A DNA stretch of 45,923 nucleotides, taken from the NCBI GenBank assembly GCA_900617105.1, contig UYFQ01000297.1:1-45923 (forward strand), read 5' to 3'. The translations under genes were made by a program, and so were the position numbers. Positions 24,732-36,700 of this stretch are shown here, in pieces. Numbering within the stretch: the first letter of the stretch is position 1; each line of letters begins with the position of its first letter. The notes below the pieces were generated by a model, which worked only from the letters and a program-made list of their open reading frames with translations, was not told the DNA's origin and did not search any database. This DNA comes from Hydrurus foetidus. Taxonomy: Eukaryota.

Positions 24732-27700
24732 TCATTTCACCCATGTCGACTCGCTCCTTGGCCCAAAATACCGGATAGCGACATGTCTAGTTCGCTCTGC
24801 ACCTGAACGTCCTCGTGCCAGTAAGGCCATGTATGATAAGTTGTCTTGGTACACTATCAAAGGAGCCATCCGATATCCTTGCATGACGAGAAAATTCCTA
24901 ATGTATAGGCCTTGGTTAGCTGAATCCGATAGTCCTACAAGCTCTGCCTCAGTGCTGCTTTTCGCTACTATCTGCTGCTTCGTGGACCGACAGTGCACCG
25001 CTCCTATGTCTCCGATAACGACGCATGAACCAGTATGAGATTTCCCGTCCCTGTGAACTCCGTATGACGCGTCCACATACAGCCTCGCAACTATGCCTAA
25101 TACCCCCGGTCTCAGCACCACGCCATGGTCTGAGGTCCACCTGATGTACCGCACCATTCTGTGCAACTTCTCTACATCACGTACAGTACATCTCGTGACT
25201 CTGGTTGCCAGGTAAGCTACTCCAGTCAGGCACTCTGGTCTTGTGCGTTTGGCGACATAGAGGAGCTGCACAACTACTCGATGGAACCAAACTCGCAAAT
25301 TTTCGCTCACATAGTCTGACCCGTCGTCGTCGAACAGGGTGTCCGACGCTGGAGTTCGAGCTGCCCCGGTCACCCCTGATGTCAATAGAATCACATTGAC
25401 ATACTCGCACATAGTAAGTCTGGCTTCACCTGAGTGAGTCAAGTCAATTGACATACCGAGGTAGTTGATCATATCACCGTACTTGAGAGAAATGTCTCCG
25501 TATATTCTCTTCAGACCATCGGTCAGTTCGTGTATCATGTCTGTGCTCATACTTGTAATTAGCAAGTCATCAACATGAACACAGAGTGTGCACTGCACCC
25601 CGTCTTTGCTCGCTTTGTTGTACACATAGATGTCTGTTTCGTTCCTGACGTACCCCAATCCCTTTAGGGATAATCTGAGATTCTCGTACCAGAGTGATGC
25701 ACTCTCTACACATCCATATAGTGCCTTTTTTAATAGCACTATTATGGACCCGTTCCTCTGACGATACCCAGAATACATTGGGTTGATCTTCACCATGTAC
25801 TCGCTCATCGATCTAATCGCATATGCACCTGGATACTCTTCGGCATCACCGCATTTAGAAATGCACTGCCTATGTCCACTACTGCCACGTGCCTCTTCTC
25901 ATGTGCAGCTATCGCAATAATGGTAAACACTGCACTGGTGGATACGGTGGGTGAGGATAGGTCCTCGTACAGGTCCTTGTTCTGCATGTCTCCTCCTGCC
26001 ACCAGCCTCGCCTTGTATTTATCGAAGGATCCATCAGGATGTATCTTTCTCTTGAGGAACATCAGGATCACTGATGCTCTCTGTGATGCATCTAGATCTT
26101 CAGCGTGCATGGGCTTCCATACCTTCAGCGTATCCATCTGTGTCAGCTCCTTGACAATCACCCTCTCTGCATCCTCTCCCCTGGTCCTGAGTGCTGTCTT
26201 GACACTCACATTAGAACTTGGGTCCGGTATCCCTTCCCTATTTCGCTTCTCGGGAAATGCAGTGATGGACTCGACTGCTGAGATTGATAGTTTGACCTTT
26301 ACCAGTGTCACCCCTGATGTGACCAGGGCCGTACCCTCGATGTTGCGGTTGTTCTGCTGCCATCTTGTACGGTACCGATGTGGAAGTGGAACTGGTAAGC
26401 TGGATGGGTGTGGTGGTGGACGTGTTAGGCTAACGGGCGACTCCTCCTGTGACACTGATGTGTCCGCATGGCCAGTGTCTGTTTCCACTATGTGGTCCGC
26501 AGTGACGTGTCGGTCTTCATTGTTGCGTGTATTCTCGTGCACTGGTGTGTCCTCCAGTTGAATTTGGTCTGGAGGATCTAGTGTGATCTCATTGTCGGGA
26601 AGCTCAGGTGACACTGCTTTGACATCTCTGACTCCTCCCTCGACATACTTCACGTCATCGTCTGTTAGTGTCGGTACTGGATCGAGTGTGTCAGCAAGCA
26701 CCAGTGGCTCAGCATGAGTAGGATTGTCGGGTATATGGGCTAGTGCACCCATATCCTTGATGGCGGGTTGAAGAGGAAGAAATGTTGGCATATTATGCTT
26801 GCTGACACTTTGATTATATATCAGGTTATGCACAGCAGCAGGTGATTTTGACATGTAGCGCCCATCAAGCGCTGCAAGATCATTCATGATTTTGATGATG
26901 GCGGTAGTCGTAGGTACGATTCTGATGGTATCTCGCGTAACAATCGACCCGGTGCTGACATTCAGACATTTCACACTTCCCGTTCTGTTGCCGGTTGGGA
27001 GGTATAGGATTCCCTGCCCGATACGCGACTTCATATCACTGCTTGTGTATGGTTCCGTATACACAACTGAATCACCAAAAGCCCCCCGAAAATCTTTTCC
27101 CGCATCAACCCTCTGGCCTGTGAATGCTTCACGTGGCGTGAGCCCTCCCGGTCGCGTGCTTGAGTGTTGATAGTTCAGCCGAGAATAGGGCGAGGTAGGA
27201 TAGGCCAACAATGTTGAGCGCGTACGGAAGTCTCCCACAAATATGTGCGCGAACCCTTTCTTTGATCACTCTTATACGTCGCTCGATACAAGCTACGTGG
27301 CCTCCTGCTCCGCTAACGTCAACCTCGATCCCCATGCTGTTGAGCTGAGGTGTAAGTTTCGCGATAGCAACCTCTCCATCGCTGTAGATCGCCAGGGTGT
27401 GGAAATTCCTTGACTTTAATGTTGACAGTATGATGTCGAGGGCCTTCTTCGCGGACTCTGCTGTTCTGCTCGCTTTCCCGGAGGTCGTCCTATCAAGTGT
27501 GACACCGAATGTCAGGTCAAGTGGATATGCCACTGCGACGAGTGTGCTGACTTGGTCAAATCTATGACTACTGTCTGCTGCTGCTGGAGCACTGGAACGC
27601 TCAGTGAAGTGTTTGGTGCCATAGATTTGGAGCTTGTCGTCTTGCCTCTCAGCGACGCGATATCAGGGCCCCAAATGGCGTCGGCTACCTTGAAGTCGTA

Positions 27701-29440
27701 GGGTGTGACATCGAATCCAGTTCCATCCCTCAGCATCGCGATCGCATTCTCTACTGACGGATAGCCCAGCCTGGCTAGAAGGTCTCTGGCTTTCTTCGCC
27801 CCGATCACCTCTCGCTTTGTATATCTGGTCTCGCTTTGCCTCATCCTGCAAACGTAGAACTTGCTTTCGCTACCTGGCAATTGTCTCCTACCAAAGCTGT
27901 GGATGGTTCGGCTGCCTTTCGGCTGAACAGTGAATCGATTATCTCTTGAGTGATAGTTCACTTTCGCTCCCGAGTCGACCAAAGTTGACTTCGAGAGGAT
28001 GTTTGCGCTGGCGTTTTGGCTGTAGTGCACCATTCCAATGTCGCCAAGTTTCCCTTGTTGGCCGACTCGAACTCCGCTGGCGTTGGCTTGAACTCCGTTC
28101 ACGGTAATCGGATGTTTCGATTCTTTGATGTCGGTTAGAAGCTTGCTGTTCTTGGAAAGATGAACGGTAGATCCGTTGTCGAAGACAACATCATCCATCG
28201 ACAATAGTATTGTCTCCTCTGCTGTGAGATAAGCTACTTCATCGTCATTTTCTCCCAGATATTGGCCGATCTCCTGACTGTCGTCTTCATCATCCAGTTT
28301 TGAGACGAGTAAGGCCGCGTCCGGCGTCTTTCTAAGCGAGCAGTCCACGGCAATGTGGCCAAACTTTCCACAGACGAAGCAAGCTTGCCCAGGAACTCTT
28401 TTCACCTTTTCTTTTTCTTCTTTATCCACAGACTTTGGAACTATGATTTCCTTTGAACTTCTCAAATTCTTTCCCTTCCCAGCGACGAATGCTGTATCGG
28501 CAAGAAATGCGGAGTGTGAATCACTACCCATAGGGAACAGCAACCCATCCTTGGTCCAGGTTGAGGCGGTACGATAGGCGGCTTGTAGGGTGCGTGGGTA
28601 AGCACCAGGTACGTTTTGATATGCGTTATTACGCATAATGGTAAGCATACCATTGTATCGTTTGTGATCCAGTTCACCAATAAAGTCAATTGCACGTAGT
28701 CGATCACTAATTTCAGGTATCCCAACACCCTCATTGCTCTTGACTTGATGATCGAACCTTATCTTAAAATCCGATATGAACTCTCTTTCTCCTTGTTTAA
28801 GATTGTGATATCTCATTGTCTGGTCGTGGACGTTGGTAGCAGACATCTCGTCGTCTTCACCGAACATATGGGTAAGATGACTTTTTCTGATGTATGTCCA
28901 CAGCTTGATGGAGTCGAGGTTGAGACAAGCTACCTCGAATTCTGGCTCCTCCCGGACCTTAGACTGAGAATGGGGTGACATTCTTGCCCATGTCTTTCCC
29001 CACATTTTCCGTAGTGCTAAGTGCGCGGCCTCTTCTCGTTTCCTCCTTGCCTCGTACGCTCCCTCACGGAGTTTGTTAACGAGTTTTACTAGGGTTGCCG
29101 CAGGTATGTCGGGCACCGGTACGTGGACCTCTCCAATGTCCTCCTCAACATCCTCGTTGTCCTCCTCTTCCTCACCAAACTCGTCATTGGGTGGTGGGAC
29201 TGGGCCCACTATTACTTCGGCCACAGGCTCGACGTAGAAAGGGTTGTATTCCCTTTCATGAGGAAAGGGACATCTGAACGCGACATTCGTGTAGAAGTAG
29301 GTCCCTACTTCTCCGAACTCCTCAGTGGCGAGATTATACATCGCCTCACGCCACTGAATCACGTTGTTGTTTTTACCCATATTCAGGATACACTCCTCAG
29401 CAGTTTTTGCACCAGCCTCTGCTGGTTTCGTCTTTGGCAT
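24732..29440 (-). pseudogene. Copia gag-pol, at least 4 frame breaks
   Basis: Zinc knuckle CFVCGKFGHIAVDC. Protease FDNGST. Integrase YSDGE...IERRIRVIKER. RT KYKARLVAGGD / VDIGSAFLN / KALYGC / HVDDLL. RNase H YVDAS / SSTEAE / YQDN / RTRHVAIRYF. These are split over four ORFs. Confidence 0.92.
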
Positions 29441-29456
29441 ACTCTTACGCCGAAGG

Positions 29457-29759
29457 TTTTAATTCCGAGACACCGACAACTTCCACAAAGACTGCCAGTT
29501 CACCGATAATGCCCAAGAATTGTAGATATTACCGAAATATGCTAGAAACTAGATATTAAAACTTGTGCGCTATCATTCCCATTGATAGACACGAAGCTAC
29601 CTAAATTGCAGTTACAGTACAAATCCTAATCTACGATCCATGACGTGTGGATGCCGTCATATCTTTCATGCATGAAATCAATCCGTTGAAGACACTACAC
29701 ATACGGATCCACCCGGTTACAATCCTACATCAAAGTTCCTGATCCCAGAAACTCCAACA
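29457..29759 (-). repeat. 5' LTR, inner 13 bp missing
   Basis: Homology to the 3' LTR starts at ttttaattccgaga. The tgttgaggattat end is absent. Confidence 0.9.
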
Positions 29760-29833
29760 CTGGCAACTCTGGCAACAAATCATAAATCATCATTGAACCG
29801 AATCGTATCGGCCGCGCCGCGGGCCGGCCCCGG

Positions 29834-29938
29834 GCCAGAAGCCAGAAGCCGGAAGCCAGAAGCCAGAAGCCAGAAGCCAGAAGCCAGAAGCCAGAAGCCA
29901 GAGGCCAGAAGCCAGAAGCCAGAAGCCAGAAGCCAGAA
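29834..29938. repeat. (GCCAGAA)15 heptamer microsatellite
   Basis: 15 copies with two single-base variants, preceded by a pure-GC stretch at 29808-29836. Confidence 0.95.
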
Positions 29939-30230
29939 GGTAGAAGGGAGAAGGGAATGTTTTTTTATCCCTCAAGGTCCGTAAAGGCCCTTTTCCGGTC
30001 ATGAGCTTCCGGTCAGATTTTACCGTTTTCACGCACGGGTCCTTTTCGACCCGCGCTAGAACGACGCTACGCGTTACGCGTCGTAGAAACCGTTTTGAAT
30101 ACCGTAAAACGACAGCAGGCTTGAAACACTTCGGTGGCATGAAAAAGAAGCATCCTGAAAGGTACAATTACACAATACACAACCACTCATACTAAACTGC
30201 AACTTGCAGTCAGTGCATAACAACACAGAA

Positions 30231-30752
30231 ATGGATGATTTCAGCAGCCAGGAGATGCTTTCGAGGACTCAGCTGGAGAGAATGAGAATTTCTGAGGACG
30301 GCGAAGACATCGATGACGTGATATTCAATTTATATGCGGATAATATAGCGAACGAAGAAGGTACGGATAAAATGATGGCTATTTCAACGATTCCAACATG
30401 CAATTTAACTGTATCTCTGAATTAAACGATCGGGTTCCCTGCAGAGAGGGAATTAAACCTCGAATCGGACAATTTCTTGGAGATAGGCCAAAATAGCGAA
30501 GATTGGAAAGAAGCCATGGACAAATTTGTCTCGGCGAAGATGCATAACGAAAGGTTGCTGGATTTCGTGGCGTACACCTCGACAGCTCCCGTAACATTTA
30601 CACTTGAAAATAGCCTGTGCGCCTATTTCAAGAGTAAAAGTCTCCAGAGGAACGAGTACTATCAGTTGGGGGAGGCCAAATCAACGAAGAAGGGGTCGAC
30701 ATCAGAAAGAGAGTTGCACTACCAGCGGGAAAAGAAAAAGAGGCAGAACTGA
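30231..30752 (+). pseudogene. Spliced unknown gene at the head of the array (exons 30231-30360, 30445-30752); possible internally deleted tyrosine-recombinase gene
   Basis: G|gtacgg...ccctgcag|AG splicing joins MDDFSSQEML...ANEE in frame to RELNLESDNFLEIGQNSEDW...TLENSLCAYFKSK (145 aa). The product assignment is an inference from weak motifs. Confidence 0.45.
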
Positions 30753-33700
30753 CAGCCGAAGACACAACAAATCAAAGTTCAAGTAGTTCGAAAAATGTCG
30801 TTGTTAATGACACTTTTACTGGTTGCAACAATATCACTTACACGAATGCTAACTAATTTTAATGATATGAAAATAACCAAATCCACCTCAAAAAGACCCA
30901 AATTTCTTTGAAAATCTTTCAAAAACGATTAAGCAAATCGGAGCTAAGCAAGAAATACAACAGCAGAAGATGACCGTAACGAGACTTTAAGGATCTCTCG
31001 GAACAAATAGTAATATTCGACCCTCAACACCGTAAAATCGGCTACATTCTTTCATCCCGAGGGGCGGACAATTTCTTGGAGATAGGCCAAAATAGCGAAG
31101 ATTGGAAAGAAGCCATGGACAAATTTGTCTCGGCGAAGATGCATAACGAAAGGTTGCTGGATTTCGTGGCGTACACCTCGACAGCTCCCGTAACATTTAC
31201 ACTTGAAAATAGCCTGTGCGCCTATTTCAAGAGTAAAAGTCTCCAGAGGAACGAGTACTATCAGTTGGGGGAGGCCAAATCAACGAAGAAGGGGTCGACA
31301 TCAGAAAGAGAGTTGCACTACCAGCGGGAAAAGAAAAAGAGGCAGAACTGACAGCCGAAGACACAACAAATCAAAGTTCAAGTAGTTCGAAAAATGTCGT
31401 TGTTAATGACACTTTTACTGGTTGCAACAATATCACTTACACGAATGCTAACTAATTTTAATGATATGAAAATAACCAAATCCACCTCAAAAAGACCCAA
31501 ATTTCTTTGAAAATCTTTCAAAAACGATTAAGCAAATCGGAGCTAAGCAAGAAATACAACAGCAGAAGATGACCGTAACGAGACTTTAAGGATCTCTCGG
31601 AACAAATAGTAATATTCGACCCTCAACACCGTAAAATCGGCTACATTCTTTCATCCCGAGGGGCGGACAATTTCTTGGAGATAGGCCAAAATAGCGAAGA
31701 TTGGAAAGAAGCCATGGACAAATTTGTCTCGGCGAAGATGCATAACGAAAGGTTGCTGGATTTCGTGGCGTACACCTCGACAGCTCCCGTAACATTTACA
31801 CTTGAAAATAGCCTGTGCGCCTATTTCAAGAGTAAAAGTCTCCAGAGGAACGAGTACTATCAGTTGGGGGAGGCCAAATCAACGAAGAAGGGGTCGACAT
31901 CAGAAAGAGAGTTGCACTACCAGCGGGAAAAGAAAAAGAGGCAGAACTGACAGCCGAAGACACAACAAATCAAAGTTCAAGTAGTTCGAAAAATGTCGTT
32001 GTTAATGACACTTTTACTGGTTGCAACAATATCACTTACACGAATGCTAACTAATTTTAATGATATGAAAATAACCAAATCCACCTCAAAAAGACCCAAA
32101 TTTCTTTGAAAATCTTTCAAAAACGATTAAGCAAATCGGAGCTAAGCAAGAAATACAACAGCAGAAGATGACCGTAACGAGACTTTAAGGATCTCTCGGA
32201 ACAAATAGTAATATTCGACCCTCAACACCGTAAAATCGGCTACATTCTTTCATCCCGAGGGGCGGACAATTTCTTGGAGATAGGCCAAAATAGCGAAGAT
32301 TGGAAAGAAGCCATGGACAAATTTGTCTCGGCGAAGATGCATAACGAAAGGTTGCTGGATTTCGTGGCGTACACCTCGACAGCTCCCGTAACATTTACAC
32401 TTGAAAATAGCCTGTGCGCCTATTTCAAGAGTAAAAGTCTCCAGAGGAACGAGTACTATCAGTTGGGGGAGGCCAAATCAACGAAGAAGGGGTCGACATC
32501 AGAAAGAGAGTTGCACTACCAGCGGGAAAAGAAAAAGAGGCAGAACTGACAGCCGAAGACACAACAAATCAAAGTTCAAGTAGTTCGAAAAATGTCGTTG
32601 TTAATGACACTTTTACTGGTTGCAACAATATCACTTACACGAATGCTAACTAATTTTAATGATATGAAAATAACCAAATCCACCTCAAAAAGACCCAAAT
32701 TTCTTTGAAAATCTTTCAAAAACGATTAAGCAAATCGGAGCTAAGCAAGAAATACAACAGCAGAAGATGACCGTAACGAGACTTTAAGGATCTCTCGGAA
32801 CAAATAGTAATATTCGACCCTCAACACCGTAAAATCGGCTACATTCTTTCATCCCGAGGGGCGGACAATTTCTTGGAGATAGGCCAAAATAGCGAAGATT
32901 GGAAAGAAGCCATGGACAAATTTGTCTCGGCGAAGATGCATAACGAAAGGTTGCTGGATTTCGTGGCGTACACCTCGACAGCTCCCGTAACATTTACACT
33001 TGAAAATAGCCTGTGCGCCTATTTCAAGAGTAAAAGTCTCCAGAGGAACGAGTACTATCAGTTGGGGGAGGCCAAATCAACGAAGAAGGGGTCGACATCA
33101 GAAAGAGAGTTGCACTACCAGCGGGAAAAGAAAAAGAGGCAGAACTGACAGCCGAAGACACAACAAATCAAAGTTCAAGTAGTTCGAAAAATGTCGTTGT
33201 TAATGACACTTTTACTGGTTGCAACAATATCACTTACACGAATGCTAACTAATTTTAATGATATGAAAATAACCAAATCCACCTCAAAAAGACCCAAATT
33301 TCTTTGAAAATCTTTCAAAAACGATTAAGCAAATCGGAGCTAAGCAAGAAATACAACAGCAGAAGATGACCGTAACGAGACTTTAAGGATCTCTCGGAAC
33401 AAATAGTAATATTCGACCCTCAACACCGTAAAATCGGCTACATTCTTTCATCCCGAGGGGCGGACAATTTCTTGGAGATAGGCCAAAATAGCGAAGATTG
33501 GAAAGAAGCCATGGACAAATTTGTCTCGGCGAAGATGCATAACGAAAGGTTGCTGGATTTCGTGGCGTACACCTCGACAGCTCCCGTAACATTTACACTT
33601 GAAAATAGCCTGTGCGCCTATTTCAAGAGTAAAAGTCTCCAGAGGAACGAGTACTATCAGTTGGGGGAGGCCAAATCAACGAAGAAGGGGTCGACATCAG

Positions 33701-36700
33701 AAAGAGAGTTGCACTACCAGCGGGAAAAGAAAAAGAGGCAGAACTGACAGCCGAAGACACAACAAATCAAAGTTCAAGTAGTTCGAAAAATGTCGTTGTT
33801 AATGACACTTTTACTGGTTGCAACAATATCACTTACACGAATGCTAACTAATTTTAATGATATGAAAATAACCAAATCCACCTCAAAAAGACCCAAATTT
33901 CTTTGAAAATCTTTCAAAAACGATTAAGCAAATCGGAGCTAAGCAAGAAATACAACAGCAGAAGATGACCGTAACGAGACTTTAAGGATCTCTCGGAACA
34001 AATAGTAATATTCGACCCTCAACACCGTAAAATCGGCTACATTCTTTCATCCCGAGGGGCGGACAATTTCTTGGAGATAGGCCAAAATAGCGAAGATTGG
34101 AAAGAAGCCATGGACAAATTTGTCTCGGCGAAGATGCATAACGAAAGGTTGCTGGATTTCGTGGCGTACACCTCGACAGCTCCCGTAACATTTACACTTG
34201 AAAATAGCCTGTGCGCCTATTTCAAGAGTAAAAGTCTCCAGAGGAACGAGTACTATCAGTTGGGGGAGGCCAAATCAACGAAGAAGGGGTCGACATCAGA
34301 AAGAGAGTTGCACTACCAGCGGGAAAAGAAAAAGAGGCAGAACTGACAGCCGAAGACACAACAAATCAAAGTTCAAGTAGTTCGAAAAATGTCGTTGTTA
34401 ATGACACTTTTACTGGTTGCAACAATATCACTTACACGAATGCTAACTAATTTTAATGATATGAAAATAACCAAATCCACCTCAAAAAGACCCAAATTTC
34501 TTTGAAAATCTTTCAAAAACGATTAAGCAAATCGGAGCTAAGCAAGAAATACAACAGCAGAAGATGACCGTAACGAGACTTTAAGGATCTCTCGGAACAA
34601 ATAGTAATATTCGACCCTCAACACCGTAAAATCGGCTACATTCTTTCATCCCGAGGGGCGGACAATTTCTTGGAGATAGGCCAAAATAGCGAAGATTGGA
34701 AAGAAGCCATGGACAAATTTGTCTCGGCGAAGATGCATAACGAAAGGTTGCTGGATTTCGTGGCGTACACCTCGACAGCTCCCGTAACATTTACACTTGA
34801 AAATAGCCTGTGCGCCTATTTCAAGAGTAAAAGTCTCCAGAGGAACGAGTACTATCAGTTGGGGAGGCCAAATCAACGAAGAAGGGGTCGACATCAGAAA
34901 GAGAGTTGCACTACCAGCGGGAAAAGAAAAAGAGGCAGAACTGACAGCCGAAGACACAACAAATCAAAGTTCAAGTAGTTCGAAAAATGTCGTTGTTAAT
35001 GACACTTTTACTGGTTGCAACAATATCACTTACACGAATGCTAACTAATTTTAATGATATGAAAATAACCAAATCCACCTCAAAAGACCCAAATTTCTTT
35101 GAAAATCTTTCAAAAACGATTAAGCAAATCGGAGCTAAGCAAGAAATACAACAGCAGAAGATGACCGTAACGAGACTTTAAGGATCTCTCGGAACAAATA
35201 GTAATATTCGACCCTCAACACCGTAAAATCGGCTACATTCTTTCATCCCGAGGGGCGGACAATTTCTTGGAGATAGGCCAAAATAGCGAAGATTGGAAAG
35301 AAGCCATGGACAAATTTGTCTCGGCGAAGATGCATAACGAAAGGTTGCTGGATTTCGTGGCGTACACCTCGACAGCTCCCGTAACATTTACACTTGAAAA
35401 TAGCCTGTGCGCCTATTTCAAGAGTAAAAGTCTCCAGAGGAACGAGTACTATCAGTTGGGGGAGGCCAAATCAACGAAGAAGGGGTCGACATCAGAAAGA
35501 GAGTTGCACTACCAGCGGGAAAAGAAAAAGAGGCAGAACTGACAGCCGAAGACACAACAAATCAAAGTTCAAGTAGTTCGAAAAATGTCGTTGTTAATGA
35601 CACTTTTACTGGTTGCAACAATATCACTTACACGAATGCTAACTAATTTTAATGATATGAAAATAACCAAATCCACCTCAAAAAGACCCAAATTTCTTTG
35701 AAAATCTTTCAAAAACGATTAAGCAAATCGGAGCTAAGCAAGAAATACAACAGCAGAAGATGACCGTAACGAGACTTTAAGGATCTCTCGGAACAAATAG
35801 TAATATTCGACCCTCAACACCGTAAAATCGGCTACATTCTTTCATCCCGAGGGGCGGACAATTTCTTGGAGATAGGCCAAAATAGCGAAGATTGGAAAGA
35901 AGCCATGGACAAATTTGTCTCGGCGAAGATGCATAACGAAAGGTTGCTGGATTTCGTGGCGTACACCTCGACAGCTCCCGTAACATTTACACTTGAAAAT
36001 AGCCTGTGCGCCTATTTCAAGAGTAAAAGTCTCCAGAGGAACGAGTACTATCAGTTGGGGAGGCCAAATCAACGAAGAAGGGGTCGACATCAGAAAGAGA
36101 GTTGCACTACCAGCGGGAAAAGAAAAAGAGGCAGAACTGACAGCCGAAGACACAACAAATCAAAGTTCAAGTAGTTCGAAAAATGTCGTTGTTAATGACA
36201 CTTTTACTGGTTGCAACAATATCACTTACACGAATGCTAACTAATTTTAATGATATGAAAATAACCAAATCCACCTCAAAAGACCCAAATTTCTTTGAAA
36301 ATCTTTCAAAAACGATTAAGCAAATCGGAGCTAAGCAAGAAATACAACAGCAGAAGATGACCGTAACGAGACTTTAAGGATCTCTCGGAACAAATAGTAA
36401 TATTCGACCCTCAACACCGTAAAATCGGCTACATTCTTTCATCCCGAGGGGCGGACAATTTCTTGGAGATAGGCCAAAATAGCGAAGATTGGAAAGAAGC
36501 CATGGACAAATTTGTCTCGGCGAAGATGCATAACGAAAGGTTGCTGGATTTCGTGGCGTACACCTCGACAGCTCCCGTAACATTTACACTTGAAAATAGC
36601 CTGTGCGCCTATTTCAAGAGTAAAAGTCTCCAGAGGAACGAGTACTATCAGTTGGGGAGGCCAAATCAACGAAGAAGGGGTCGACATCAGAAAGAGAGTT

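Larger units (their letters stand above)
24145..29759 (-). mobile_element. Full-length Ty1/Copia LTR retrotransposon, frameshifted
   Basis: TG...CA ends, TSD CTGGC at 24140-24144 and 29760-29764, LTR pair, and PPT-like AGGGGTG abutting the 3' LTR (24461-24467). Domain order is gag-PR-IN-RT-RH. Confidence 0.95.

Noticed and set aside
25872..27170. Plus-strand ORFs of 229 and 94 aa
   Set aside because: These are antisense shadows of Copia pol.
29834..29938. Telomeric repeat
   Set aside because: The repeat is interstitial, and TTCTGGC lacks the GGG run of typical telomere repeats.
29790..30167. ORFs with LLASGFW / PEARSQK repeats
   Set aside because: These are translations of the (GCCAGAA)n microsatellite.
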